The notes under the pieces: model-generated | Told to the model about the DNA's origin: nothing | Databases searched by the model: none | Seen by the model: only the letters and a program-made list of their open reading frames with translations | Part shown: piece after piece, positions 1-8,238 of the stretch | Layout: every line of letters starts with the position of its first letter | How positions within the stretch are numbered: the stretch's first letter is position 1 | Translations under genes and position numbers: made by a program | From: an uncultured beta proteobacterium | GTDB lineage: Bacteria > Pseudomonadota > Gammaproteobacteria > Burkholderiales > SG8-39 | Assembly (NCBI GenBank): GCA_963743805.1 | Contig: CAVUQY010000005.1 | Location: 1,075,505-1,139,504 of the forward strand | Direction: 5' to 3' | Length of the DNA: 64,000 nt

Positions 1-520
1 GTACGCGACGGTGGTGCGCGACATCCGCAAGCCGGTGATCGCGAGCCTGCGCGGCTGGGTGCTCGGCGGCGGGCTCGAGATCGCGCTCTCGGCCGACATC
101 CGCATCGCCGGGCGGAGCGCACGGCTCGGCGCGCCCGAGGTCAAGCGCGGCTGGCTCGGCGGCGGCGGCGCGTCGCAGGTGCTGCCGCGGCTCGTCGGCA
201 TCGGGCAGGCGGGGCTCCTCCTGCTGTCGGGCGAGGCGATCGACGCGGAGCGGGCAGCCGCAATTGGTCTTGTCGAGGAGGTCGTCGAGGACGGCGCGCT
301 CGAGGCGCGGGTGCTCGCCCTCGCGCAGACCATCGCGGCCCACAGCCCGATCGCGACCCAGGCCGTCAAGGCCGCGCTGCGCGCCGCGCAGTCGACGCCG
401 CTGGAAGCCGGATTGCGCTACGAGAACGAGCTGCACGTGCTGTGCATGCAGTCCGACGACCGCCGCGAGGGCATCGCGGCGTTCCAGCAGAAGCGCGACG
501 GGTCGTTCGAGGGCCGCTAG
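1..520 (+). CDS. Enoyl-CoA hydratase/isomerase family protein (5' end outside window)
   Basis: Crotonase motifs KPVIA..GWVLGGGLEIALSADIRIA, PEVKRG and C-terminal EGIAAFQQKR. Confidence 0.9.
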   Translation, partial: YATVVRDIRKPVIASLRGWVLGGGLEIALSADIRIAGRSARLGAPEVKRGWLGGGGASQVLPRLVGIGQAGLLLLSGEAIDAERAAAIGLVEEVVEDGALEARVLALAQTIAAHSPIATQAVKAALRAAQSTPLEAGLRYENELHVLCMQSDDRREGIAAFQQKRDGSFEGR

Positions 521-530
521 CCGCGCAGGT

Positions 531-1254
531 TCACGGCGCGTCGCGATTGGTCAGGTAACCGATCACCACCGCGCTCATGTGCGCCGCGCGCGCCGCGCGC
601 GCCGCCGGGGTGGCGAGCGTGCGGTCGAACACCTGCGCCAGCGTGTGGTTGTTGGACAGGAAGAAGTAGGCGAGCCCCGCGATCGAGATGTAGAGCTGCA
701 GCGGATCGACGCCCGCGCGGAACGTGCCGGCCGCCTCGCCGCGGCGCAGGATCCCCGCGAGCGTCTCGATCAGCGGCGAGTTCATCGGGCGGATGCTCTT
801 CGAGCGCTTCAGGTGCCGCGCCCGGTGCAGGTTCTCGCTGTTGAGCAGCGTGAGGAACTCCGGGTGGTCCAGGTAGTAGCGCCAGGTGAACTCGACGAGG
901 CGGCGCACGCCCTCGACGGGCGGTCGATCGAGGAGGTTCAGCTCCTGCTCGGCGGTGCGGATGTCCGCGTAGGCCTGCTCCAGCACCGCGAGGAACAGCG
1001 CCTCCTTGTCGCCGAAGTAGTAATAGAGCATTCGCTTGTTCGCATCGGCGTTTGCCGCAATGCGGTCGACGCGCGCGCCGCCGAGCCCGTGGCGCGCGAA
1101 CTCGCGCGTGGCCGCCGCGAGGATGCGCGCGCGCGTGCCCGCCGGGTCGCGCGTGCGGGGCGCGGGCGGCGCGACCGCGGCGGCGCGCGCGCTTCGCGCC
1201 GCTGCCGTTCCCGTGGGTCGGGCGGCGCGCTTCGAGCGCGCCGTTCTTCGTCAT
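531..1254 (-). CDS. TetR family transcriptional regulator (one apparent frameshift in the N-terminal part)
   Basis: The frame of ORF 531..1031 extends upstream as RDPAGTRARILAAATREFARHGLGGARVDRIA..ANKRMLYYYF (TetR HTH). The ATG at 1254 overlapping the upstream stop is in a different frame. Confidence 0.85.
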
Positions 1255-2090
1255 GAACGAGCCTCCAAGGCTTCGCGGATGCCGCGCAGGTACCCGATCG
1301 CGCGCGCCGCGCAGGCCTGCCCGTCGGGCACGTACTTGAACGGCTCCACGGCCACCACGCCCTCGTAGCCGTTGCGCTTCAGCGCCGCGAGGATCGGTGC
1401 GAACGCAAGCTCGCCCTCGCCCGGCCCGCGCCGGTTGGGATCGTTCACCTGGACGTGCGCGATCCGTCCGGTCGGGAGCCAGCGGTCGATCACGGCGGCG
1501 AGCGGCGCCTGCTCCATCCGGCCCGCGGCGGCGCAATCGACCATCGTGCGCAGCCCCGGGCTGCCGACCGCGTCGACGATCGCGGCCGCCTCGGCGATCG
1601 TGTTGATCACCGGCGTCTCGGTCGTCGCGAGCGGCTCGATGCAGTACACCACGCCGGCGCGCTGCGCATCGTCGGCGACGCGGGCGAACGCGTCGCGTGC
1701 CCGCGCGATCGCGGTCTCGCGCGTCTCCCCGGCCGGGATCGCACGCTGTCCGGGCGAACCGTGCACGAGGACCTTGCCGCCGACGTCGGCGCAGAAATCC
1801 ACGAGCCGGCGCATGACCTCGACGGTGCGCGCGCGCACCGCATCGTCGGGACTGGTGATCGACAGGCCCTTGGGCGTCAGCAGGAGCCAGTGCAGTCCGG
1901 TGATCGCGATTCCTGCGTCCGCCGCGGCGCGGCGAATCGCCGCCCGCTCCTGGGCGATCATCCGGTGCGGCTCGTCCGAGAGCGTGAACGGCGCCACCTC
2001 GAGGCCGTCATAGCCGACCGCCGCCGCCCACGCGCACTGCTGCGCGAACGGCATCGGCTGCAGCACCTCGTTGCAGAGCGCGATCCGCAT
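1251..2090 (-). CDS. Sugar-phosphate isomerase/epimerase (xylose-isomerase-like TIM barrel; D-psicose/D-tagatose 3-epimerase-like)
   Basis: GYDGLEVAP, IEPL..E, HVQVND and VEPF metal-binding motifs. Confidence 0.85.
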   Translation of the reverse strand: MRIALCNEVLQPMPFAQQCAWAAAVGYDGLEVAPFTLSDEPHRMIAQERAAIRRAAADAGIAITGLHWLLLTPKGLSITSPDDAVRARTVEVMRRLVDFCADVGGKVLVHGSPGQRAIPAGETRETAIARARDAFARVADDAQRAGVVYCIEPLATTETPVINTIAEAAAIVDAVGSPGLRTMVDCAAAGRMEQAPLAAVIDRWLPTGRIAHVQVNDPNRRGPGEGELAFAPILAALKRNGYEGVVAVEPFKYVPDGQACAARAIGYLRGIREALEARS

Positions 2091-2093
2091 GCC

Positions 2094-3614
2094 TCAGGCC
2101 GCCTTCCGCCACGGCGTCAGGGCGACGTAGGCCGCGTGGACGGCCCGCCGCACTGCCGCGAAGTTCATCAGGATCGTGACGAGGCAGATCGCCGCGAGCG
2201 TCGCGCTGATCGGCCGCAGGAAGAACGGCGTCAGGTCGCCGTCGGACAGGACCAGCCCGCGGCGCAGGTTCTTGTCGAGCAGGTCGCCGAGGACGATGCC
2301 GAGCACGAACGGCGCCATCGGGTAGTTGTAGCGCCGCAGGACGTAGCCGACCACGCCGAAACCGAGCATGGTCCAGACGTCGAAGAGCCGCTGCGCGATC
2401 GCGTACGAGCCGATCACGCACAGCACGAAGACGATCGGCATGATGATCTCGCGCGGCACCTGCAGCACCTTCAGCAGCGGCTTCACCAGCGCGAGGCCGA
2501 AGACCAGGATCCCGATGGTCGCGAAGAGCATCATCGCGACGACGTCGAAGACGAACTGCGGGTTGTTGACCATGATCAGCGGCCCCGGCTGCACGCCGTG
2601 GATGATCATGGCCGCCATCAGCACCGCCGCCGGCGCGGATCCGGGCACCGCGAGCGCGAGCACCGGAATGATCGCGCCGGGGACGCACGCGTTGTCGCCG
2701 GTCTCGGCGGCCATCAGCCCTTCCACGGAACCCTTCCCGTACTTCTCGGGCTCCTTGCTCGCGCGCCGCGCGGCGGCGTAGGAGGACCACGACGCGACGT
2801 CCTCGCCGACGCCGGGCACGATGCCCATGAAGGTGCCGATGATCCCGGAGCGCAGGATGGTGCGCCAGTACTTGATCACGTCGCCGAACCGCGGAAAGTG
2901 CGTGTCGAACCGATGGATCACGGGCTTCTGCGTCTTTGCCGCGAGCACGGTCAGCACCTCCGCGAACCCGAACGCGCCGACCAGCGCCGGAATGAGCTGG
3001 AACCCGCCGGCAAGGTCGCGGTTGTCGAAGGCGAAGCGCTCGTAGGCGTGGATCGGGTCCTGCCCGATGCACGCGATGAAGAGGCCGACGAACCCGGCGA
3101 GCCAGCCCTTGAGCGGGTCGTTGCCGGTCAGGTTGCCCGAGATGATCACGCCGAAGAGCGCGAGCCAGAAGAACTCGTAGGCGCCGAACTTGAGCGCCAT
3201 CTCGCCGAGGACGGGCGTGAACAGCGCGAGGAAGAACATCCCGATCAGCGTGCCCATCACCGAGCCGGTCGTCGAGATGCCGATCGCGCGCCCGGCGAGG
3301 CCCTGCTGGGCGAGCGCGTACCCGTCGAGGCACGCGGCGGCGTTCGCCGGCGTGCCGGGAATGTTGAGCAGGATCGCCGAGCGCGAGCCGCCGTAGATGG
3401 CGCCCACGTAGCTGCACACGAGGACGAGCAGCGCCCGGTCCGAGGGCATCTTGAGCGTGAGCGTCGTGAGCAGCGCCACGCCCATCGTCGCGGTGAGCCC
3501 CGGCAGCGCGCCGATCACGATCCCGAGGAGGCAGGCCCCCGCGATGATCAGCAGCGTGAGCGGATCCGCGAAGTTCGCGAGCGACTTGCCGAACAGGGCG
3601 AGGCCGTCGAACAT
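2094..3614 (-). CDS. tctA: Tripartite tricarboxylate transporter large membrane subunit TctA
   Basis: GALPGLTATMGVALL, YGGSRSAILLNIPGTPA and AAETGDNA motifs; 506 aa, hydrophobic. Confidence 0.92.
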   Translation of the reverse strand: MFDGLALFGKSLANFADPLTLLIIAGACLLGIVIGALPGLTATMGVALLTTLTLKMPSDRALLVLVCSYVGAIYGGSRSAILLNIPGTPANAAACLDGYALAQQGLAGRAIGISTTGSVMGTLIGMFFLALFTPVLGEMALKFGAYEFFWLALFGVIISGNLTGNDPLKGWLAGFVGLFIACIGQDPIHAYERFAFDNRDLAGGFQLIPALVGAFGFAEVLTVLAAKTQKPVIHRFDTHFPRFGDVIKYWRTILRSGIIGTFMGIVPGVGEDVASWSSYAAARRASKEPEKYGKGSVEGLMAAETGDNACVPGAIIPVLALAVPGSAPAAVLMAAMIIHGVQPGPLIMVNNPQFVFDVVAMMLFATIGILVFGLALVKPLLKVLQVPREIIMPIVFVLCVIGSYAIAQRLFDVWTMLGFGVVGYVLRRYNYPMAPFVLGIVLGDLLDKNLRRGLVLSDGDLTPFFLRPISATLAAICLVTILMNFAAVRRAVHAAYVALTPWRKAA

Positions 3615-4133
3615 CTACGGCAGCCGCACCAGGAAGACTTCCTGGAACACCGCCGTCACGCCGGCGGCGGTGCCGACCGCGCACGCCGCAGCCACGGCGA
3701 TGCCGCGCCCCAGCTCGCCGCGCGCGCGTCGGTCGCGCCACTCGAACGCCACGATGGAGACGAAGACGAACAGCGCGGTGGCGAGCCAGAACGGCACGTG
3801 GACGCCGAGCAGCGTGCGCCCGACCAGGCCGCCGGCGTAGAGGATGCTTAGTCCGAGCGCCAGCGCAAGGCGGCCACCGTCCGCGGGGATTCTGCCGTCC
3901 TCAGCCGCGGCGAGCCCGCCGCGGCGCACCGACCGCACGAGGAGAATCACGCCGAGGACGGCGATGCCGATCCCGAGCATCGCCGGCACGAGCCCCGGCG
4001 CGGTGTAGGGATTGATGTTCTGGCGCTCGAGCCGGTCCATCGTGAACCCGCCGGTGAAGATCGCCGCGCCGACGACGATCCACGCGAGCGCCCAGAAGAG
4101 GTCGGCGCGGGGAGAGGGGTTCGAGTCGGCCAT
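3615..4133 (-). CDS. tctB: Tripartite tricarboxylate transporter small membrane subunit TctB
   Basis: About 4 TM helices, PGLVP motif, located between tctC and tctA. Confidence 0.85.
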   Translation of the reverse strand: MADSNPSPRADLFWALAWIVVGAAIFTGGFTMDRLERQNINPYTAPGLVPAMLGIGIAVLGVILLVRSVRRGGLAAAEDGRIPADGGRLALALGLSILYAGGLVGRTLLGVHVPFWLATALFVFVSIVAFEWRDRRARGELGRGIAVAAACAVGTAAGVTAVFQEVFLVRLP

Positions 4134-4193
4134 GGGACCTGGCGCGCCCGGCGCGCCGCCCTTCCCCCTGCTCCCTTCCCCCTTCGCTGCCGG

Positions 4194-5192
4194 TCAGGGC
4201 TTCGGAATCCCGACCGTGTCCGGCGACACCTTGGCCTTGCCTGAATCGAACATCAGCCAGGCATTCGCTTGCACGGCGGGGAACGCAGCCTTCTGCGCCG
4301 CATCGCCGCTGACCGGCGCGAACACCGCGCCGCGACTGGTCGCGTACTTGCGGAGCGCCTCGTTGTTGACGATGGTGCCGGCCCAGGCCTTCTCGAGGGT
4401 CGCGACGACTTCCGGCGGCACGCCCTTGGGAACGAAGATGCCGAAGTAGTTGGTGGCCGCCTTGAAGTTCGGGATGTACTTCGTGATCGGCTCGATCGTG
4501 CCGTAGCCCTCGATGATCACCGGCTTGTCGCTCACGGAGGCGAGCGGCCGGATGCGCTTGGCGCGGATCATCTCGGCCTGCTCGACCGCCAGCTGGGTGG
4601 TGACCTGCGTCTCGCCACCGACGGTGGCGACGACCGCGGGGTTGCCGCCGTCGTAGGTGACGTGGCGGTACTTCGCGCCGGTGGCCTTGGAGATCGCCTC
4701 CATCGCGTTGTGGCCGCCGGAGGTGACGCCGGCGGTCGCGACGGTGATCTCGCCGGGCTTCGCCTTCATCGCGTCGAGCAGCTCCTTCATGTCCTTGTAC
4801 GGCGTCGCCGCATTCACGCTGACCACCGGGACGTTGGCAACGCTCAGGAACAGGTGCCAGTCGCCGATGTTGGTGTCGAGCATGCCGAGCGTGCGGTAGA
4901 CGCCGAGGTCCTGCGCCGCCCCGGCAGCCCAGGTATAGCCGTCCTTCGTCGCCTCGAGGGCGTTCTTGGTCCCGATCGAGCCGGCCGCGCCGGGCTGGTT
5001 GACGATCACCACCTTCTGGCCGAGCACCTTCTCCAGCTCGCCGGCGGTGATGCGGGTGACCTGGTCGGTCGAGCCGCCCGCGGCCCAGGGCACGATGATG
5101 GTGACCGGGCGCGACGGCTTCCACTGCGCCGCAGCAGCCGCCGAGACGGTTGCGAGAGCGAGACCGGCCAGCGCGATTGCGAGACGTTTCAT
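4194..5192 (-). CDS. tctC: TTT substrate-binding protein (Bug/TctC)
   Basis: Signal peptide; PSRPVTIIVPWAAGGSTD and VVIVNQPGAAGSIG motifs. Confidence 0.92.
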   Translation of the reverse strand: MKRLAIALAGLALATVSAAAAAQWKPSRPVTIIVPWAAGGSTDQVTRITAGELEKVLGQKVVIVNQPGAAGSIGTKNALEATKDGYTWAAGAAQDLGVYRTLGMLDTNIGDWHLFLSVANVPVVSVNAATPYKDMKELLDAMKAKPGEITVATAGVTSGGHNAMEAISKATGAKYRHVTYDGGNPAVVATVGGETQVTTQLAVEQAEMIRAKRIRPLASVSDKPVIIEGYGTIEPITKYIPNFKAATNYFGIFVPKGVPPEVVATLEKAWAGTIVNNEALRKYATSRGAVFAPVSGDAAQKAAFPAVQANAWLMFDSGKAKVSPDTVGIPKP

Positions 5193-5234
5193 GGCTTCCT
5201 CCTGAGGGGACGGGTGATGCGGAGGCCACAGGTT

Positions 5235-5250
5235 TTAACCGATTCGTTAA
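5235..5250. promoter_or_regulatory. Palindromic operator candidate TTAAC-N6-GTTAA in the divergent tctC/metE-like intergenic region
   Basis: Sequence TTAACCGATTCGTTAA is an AT-rich dyad in GC-rich context; TetR gene lies in the same operon (assignment inferred). Confidence 0.5.
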
Positions 5251-5310
5251 CAGATTGCAACGCTCCGGCCCGCGCCCTTAAACTCCCGCCGCAGCACCCG
5301 GAGGTGACCC

Positions 5311-6336
5311 ATGAGCGCAGCGCCCCGCATCCAGACCACCGTCGTCGGCTCCTACCCCGTTCCCGACTGGCTCGCCGCCAACCCGTCGGAGCAGGCCCTG
5401 CTCGATGCGACCCGCGTCGTGATCCACACGCAGGAGCAGGCGGGCATCGACCTCGTGTGCGACGGCGAGCTGTACCGCTTCGACGTCAACCATCCCGAGA
5501 CCAACGGGATGATCGAGTACTTCGTGCGGCCGATGGACGGCATCCGCACGCGCATGAGCTTCGAGGAGCTGATCGCTTACCGCTCGCAGCGCGGGATGGG
5601 GTTTCGCACCCGGCCGCCCGGCGTGGTCGACGGGCCGATCGGGCCGGGCACGCTCGACCTGCCGCTCGCCTGCGCGCGCGCCAGGGCCTTCGCCGGCCGG
5701 CCGTTCAAGTTCACGATCACCGGCCCGCACATGCTCGCGAAGGTGCTCGCGAACCGCCACTACAAGTCGGTCGAGGAGGTCGCCTTCGCGCTCGCCGACG
5801 CGCTCGCCGCGCAGGTCCGGCACATCGACGCGGACGTGGTCCAGCTCGACGAGGCGAACCTGCCCGGCTCGCCCGAGGAGTGGGAGTGGGCGGCGGCGGC
5901 GATCAACCGGGTCCTCGACGCGGTCAAGACCAAGCCCGCGGTGCACCTGTGCTTCGGCAACTACGGCGGGCAGTCGATCCAGAAGGGCACCTGGGGCCAG
6001 CTGATGAAGTACCTCAACGCGCTGCACGTCGACCACATCGTGATGGAGTGCGCGCACCGCCCCGCCGAGGAACTCGCCGTCTTCAAGGACCTGCGGCCCG
6101 AGATCGGCATGGGCCTCGGCGTCGTCGACATCAAGCGCACCGAGATCGAGTCGGCCGAAGCGGTCGCGCGCGCGATCGAGGCGGCGGACCGGGTCATCGG
6201 CGCCGGGCGGGTCCGTTACATCCACCCGGACTGCGGCTTCTGGATGCTGAAGCGCACCATCGCGGACGGCAAGATCCGGGCGCTCGCGGCCGGGCGGGAC
6301 CTCTACGAGGGACGCCGTGCGCAAAAAGCGGCGTGA
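5311..6336 (+). CDS. Cobalamin-independent methionine synthase catalytic-domain (MetE2-like) family Zn enzyme
   Basis: TTVVGSYP, DGE, QLDE, HLCFGN (H-x-C) and PDCG Zn-ligand motifs; single domain, 341 aa. Confidence 0.85.
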   Translation: MSAAPRIQTTVVGSYPVPDWLAANPSEQALLDATRVVIHTQEQAGIDLVCDGELYRFDVNHPETNGMIEYFVRPMDGIRTRMSFEELIAYRSQRGMGFRTRPPGVVDGPIGPGTLDLPLACARARAFAGRPFKFTITGPHMLAKVLANRHYKSVEEVAFALADALAAQVRHIDADVVQLDEANLPGSPEEWEWAAAAINRVLDAVKTKPAVHLCFGNYGGQSIQKGTWGQLMKYLNALHVDHIVMECAHRPAEELAVFKDLRPEIGMGLGVVDIKRTEIESAEAVARAIEAADRVIGAGRVRYIHPDCGFWMLKRTIADGKIRALAAGRDLYEGRRAQKAA

Positions 6337-6348
6337 GCACCGCGTCAA

Positions 6349-6427
6349 TGTGAATTGTTGTGAAATATGCCCAGTTGCACGGCGGCGGCTTGGAGTAGGT
6401 TGAACGGCCTTTGGCGAAAGGTATACT
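6349..6427 (+). promoter_or_regulatory. Sigma70-like promoter (TTGAAC 6400-6405, 16-nt spacer, TATACT 6422-6427) with an upstream TGTGAA direct repeat (6349-6354, 6359-6364)
   Basis: Near-consensus -35/-10 hexamers seen directly; repeat has a 10-bp period. Confidence 0.6.
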
Positions 6428-6465
6428 GCCCGCACGCTCTCGGGGAAAACTAAAAGGGACGACCA

Positions 6466-6543
6466 ATGTCCTTCCTCGACATCTATCTGATCGTTCTTTT
6501 CCTGGCCCTCGTCGGTCTGCTGGTCGTCAAGTTCCGCGGCTAG
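6466..6543 (+). CDS. Small single-TM peptide, 25 aa (MSFLDIYLIVLFLALVGLLVVKFRG), not in the ORF track
   Basis: ATG 6466 preceded by AAAGGGA RBS and a promoter; mostly G/C third positions; hydrophobic core plus basic C-terminus; TAG 6541-6543. Confidence 0.65.
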   Translation: MSFLDIYLIVLFLALVGLLVVKFRG

Positions 6544-6708
6544 CGCATCCGCGCGCCGCCAAGACCGGCCGCAGGCCGGCGCTCTCGCTTCCTTTTCCCT
6601 ATCGCGGCACGTCCGCCCGGCGGACGCGCGTTATCACGTCACGCGCGCCGTTACCATCGGCCGGGGACGCGGCCGCGTCGGCGCTTCGGTGCGCGCCCGT
6701 CGGCGCCG

Positions 6709-7551
6709 CTACGCGGTGCCCGCTTCGACCATCCAGTCGACCAGCTCCCCCAGCCGCACGCGGCTGCCGGCCAGCGCCTCGGGGGCGGCGAGGGCGACCT
6801 CGGGCACCTCGACCACTTCGAGGGTGTCGAGTATCAGCATCCGCGCGCCATTGAAATACTGGACGCGCCAGACGTCGCGCGCCGTGGTCGAGCTCGCTCG
6901 GCAACAGCCGAAGCCGCGCGAATCGATTGCAACCGGACCGGCTCCCAGCACCTCGTCGAGCACGCAACGGTCCTCCGGCCCAAGGGGAAGCAGCGTGAGG
7001 TTCACGACGTGCGCCCGATTGCCGTTCCTGCGCGTGGCGGACTGCTGCAGGATCTGGCGCAGCAGCGTCGTCGCACGCGTCCCGCCCCGGGGCGCCGCCG
7101 CCGCGCCAACCCGGGCCGCCGTCGCGCCGCGCGCCGCCTGCACCACTACGGCGGGAATCGGACAAGCCACCAGCCGGTCGCGCACTACGCGATCGCTCTC
7201 GTCGCACTCCTGGACGCGCCACAAGCCGGGAAAGCTCGTCTCATGAATGTGCACCGTCCGGGGGCCACGGATTCGGATCGAGATCTCGCCCGCTCCGAGC
7301 ATCTGGCTCGCGACGTGGACCGACCCGGGCTCGCAGTGGGTCAGATCGAGCTCGGGGCCGTCCCCGTCCCGCCAGGCGGACAGCCGGTCATGAAAGCTGG
7401 CGAGCAGTTCGCGCGCCGCCGCCATGTGCGCCGTCTCTCCCGCTGCCGGAACCGCACGCGGCGGCCGCTCGCCGGCGCCGACAGCGAACTCATCGTCACG
7501 GAGCAGGCTTCTCGCGCCGGGCATCGCCATCGCGGGCCATCCGTCCTTCAT
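6709..7551 (-). CDS. Hydrogenase expression/formation protein, HupH/HoxQ/HyaF-like
   Basis: Duplicated domain with LGAGEISI..HETSFPGLWRV and VNLTLLP..LGAGPVAIDSRGFG.CR.SST..RDVWRVQYFN..LILDTLEVVEVP. Confidence 0.8.
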   Translation of the reverse strand: MKDGWPAMAMPGARSLLRDDEFAVGAGERPPRAVPAAGETAHMAAARELLASFHDRLSAWRDGDGPELDLTHCEPGSVHVASQMLGAGEISIRIRGPRTVHIHETSFPGLWRVQECDESDRVVRDRLVACPIPAVVVQAARGATAARVGAAAAPRGGTRATTLLRQILQQSATRRNGNRAHVVNLTLLPLGPEDRCVLDEVLGAGPVAIDSRGFGCCRASSTTARDVWRVQYFNGARMLILDTLEVVEVPEVALAAPEALAGSRVRLGELVDWMVEAGTA

Positions 7552-7590
7552 CTTCTCTCGCCACCTGTTACCAATGTCGTAACACGACCA

Positions 7591-7631
7591 ACGTTACGCG
7601 ACGACGCGGGCCGCACGTTGAGATGGATCAA
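7591..7631 (-). promoter_or_regulatory. FNR/CRP-family box TTGAG-ATGG-ATCAA (7618-7631) with a minus-strand -10 TAACGT (7596-7591); class II geometry
   Basis: One mismatch to TTGAT-N4-ATCAA; box centre about 41 nt from the predicted start site upstream of the hupH-like gene. Confidence 0.65.
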
Positions 7632-7703
7632 ATTGCTTCGGGTGCAGAAGCGCAGCCGATGCGCGCGTCCGCCGCGCGCGGGAGCTTGGACTTGGCTCCA
7701 GAG

Positions 7704-8078
7704 CTATCTTTCCGCCAGAGGACCGGCGGCGCGGCGGCGCAGCGGCTTGAACCGGCTCGCCGCCCGATGCAGATCCCATGCGAGCTGCAGCTGGAGCCAG
7801 AACTCGGGCTCGTTGCGGAAGTAGTGGGCGAGGCGCAGCGCGGTATCTGCCGTGATGCCCCGATGTCCGCGGATCAGTTCATTCACGCGCCGGCGCGAGA
7901 TCTCGAGGTCGTGCGCGAGCGCCTGCTGGGTGATTCCAAGCGGCTTGAGATAGCGGCTGTCGAGGAAGTAGCCCGGATGAATCGGATTGCGCCGCAGCGT
8001 GGCCCGGCTGGCGGAGGGTGGCAGCCGACGACTGCCTTCCGGCGCGGCATTGCGAGGCCGGATCGGTCCAGCGGACAT
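7704..8078 (-). CDS. higA: HigA/VapI-family XRE-HTH protein (orphan antitoxin-like)
   Basis: PIHPG..L..YLKPLGITQQALA..L.ISRRRVNELIRGHRGITADTALRLAHYF..PEFWLQLQ..WDL signature. Confidence 0.85.
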   Translation of the reverse strand: MSAGPIRPRNAAPEGSRRLPPSASRATLRRNPIHPGYFLDSRYLKPLGITQQALAHDLEISRRRVNELIRGHRGITADTALRLAHYFRNEPEFWLQLQLAWDLHRAASRFKPLRRRAAGPLAER

Positions 8079-8179
8079 CGTTGCTCCTATCCTCCCTGCG
8101 CTTGTGGCGACACGGGACGCCTCCCGGTGTGGCGCCAGGTCACCTTGTGCCTAGCGTGACCCTGCTGGGGAAGGCGGGT

Positions 8180-8193
8180 TTGACGGAGATCAA
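8180..8193 (-). promoter_or_regulatory. Second FNR/CRP-family box TTGAC-GGAG-ATCAA upstream of the higA-like gene
   Basis: One mismatch to TTGAT-N4-ATCAA; intergenic. Confidence 0.6.
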
Positions 8194-8238
8194 CCGCAGC
8201 GGGCCGGGCGGGCGCGGCCGCTGCGCCGAACCCGCGGC

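Noticed and set aside
7704-8230. Complete higBA toxin-antitoxin module or prophage remnant
   Set aside because: No RelE/HigB-like ORF, integrase or phage gene is visible on either side.
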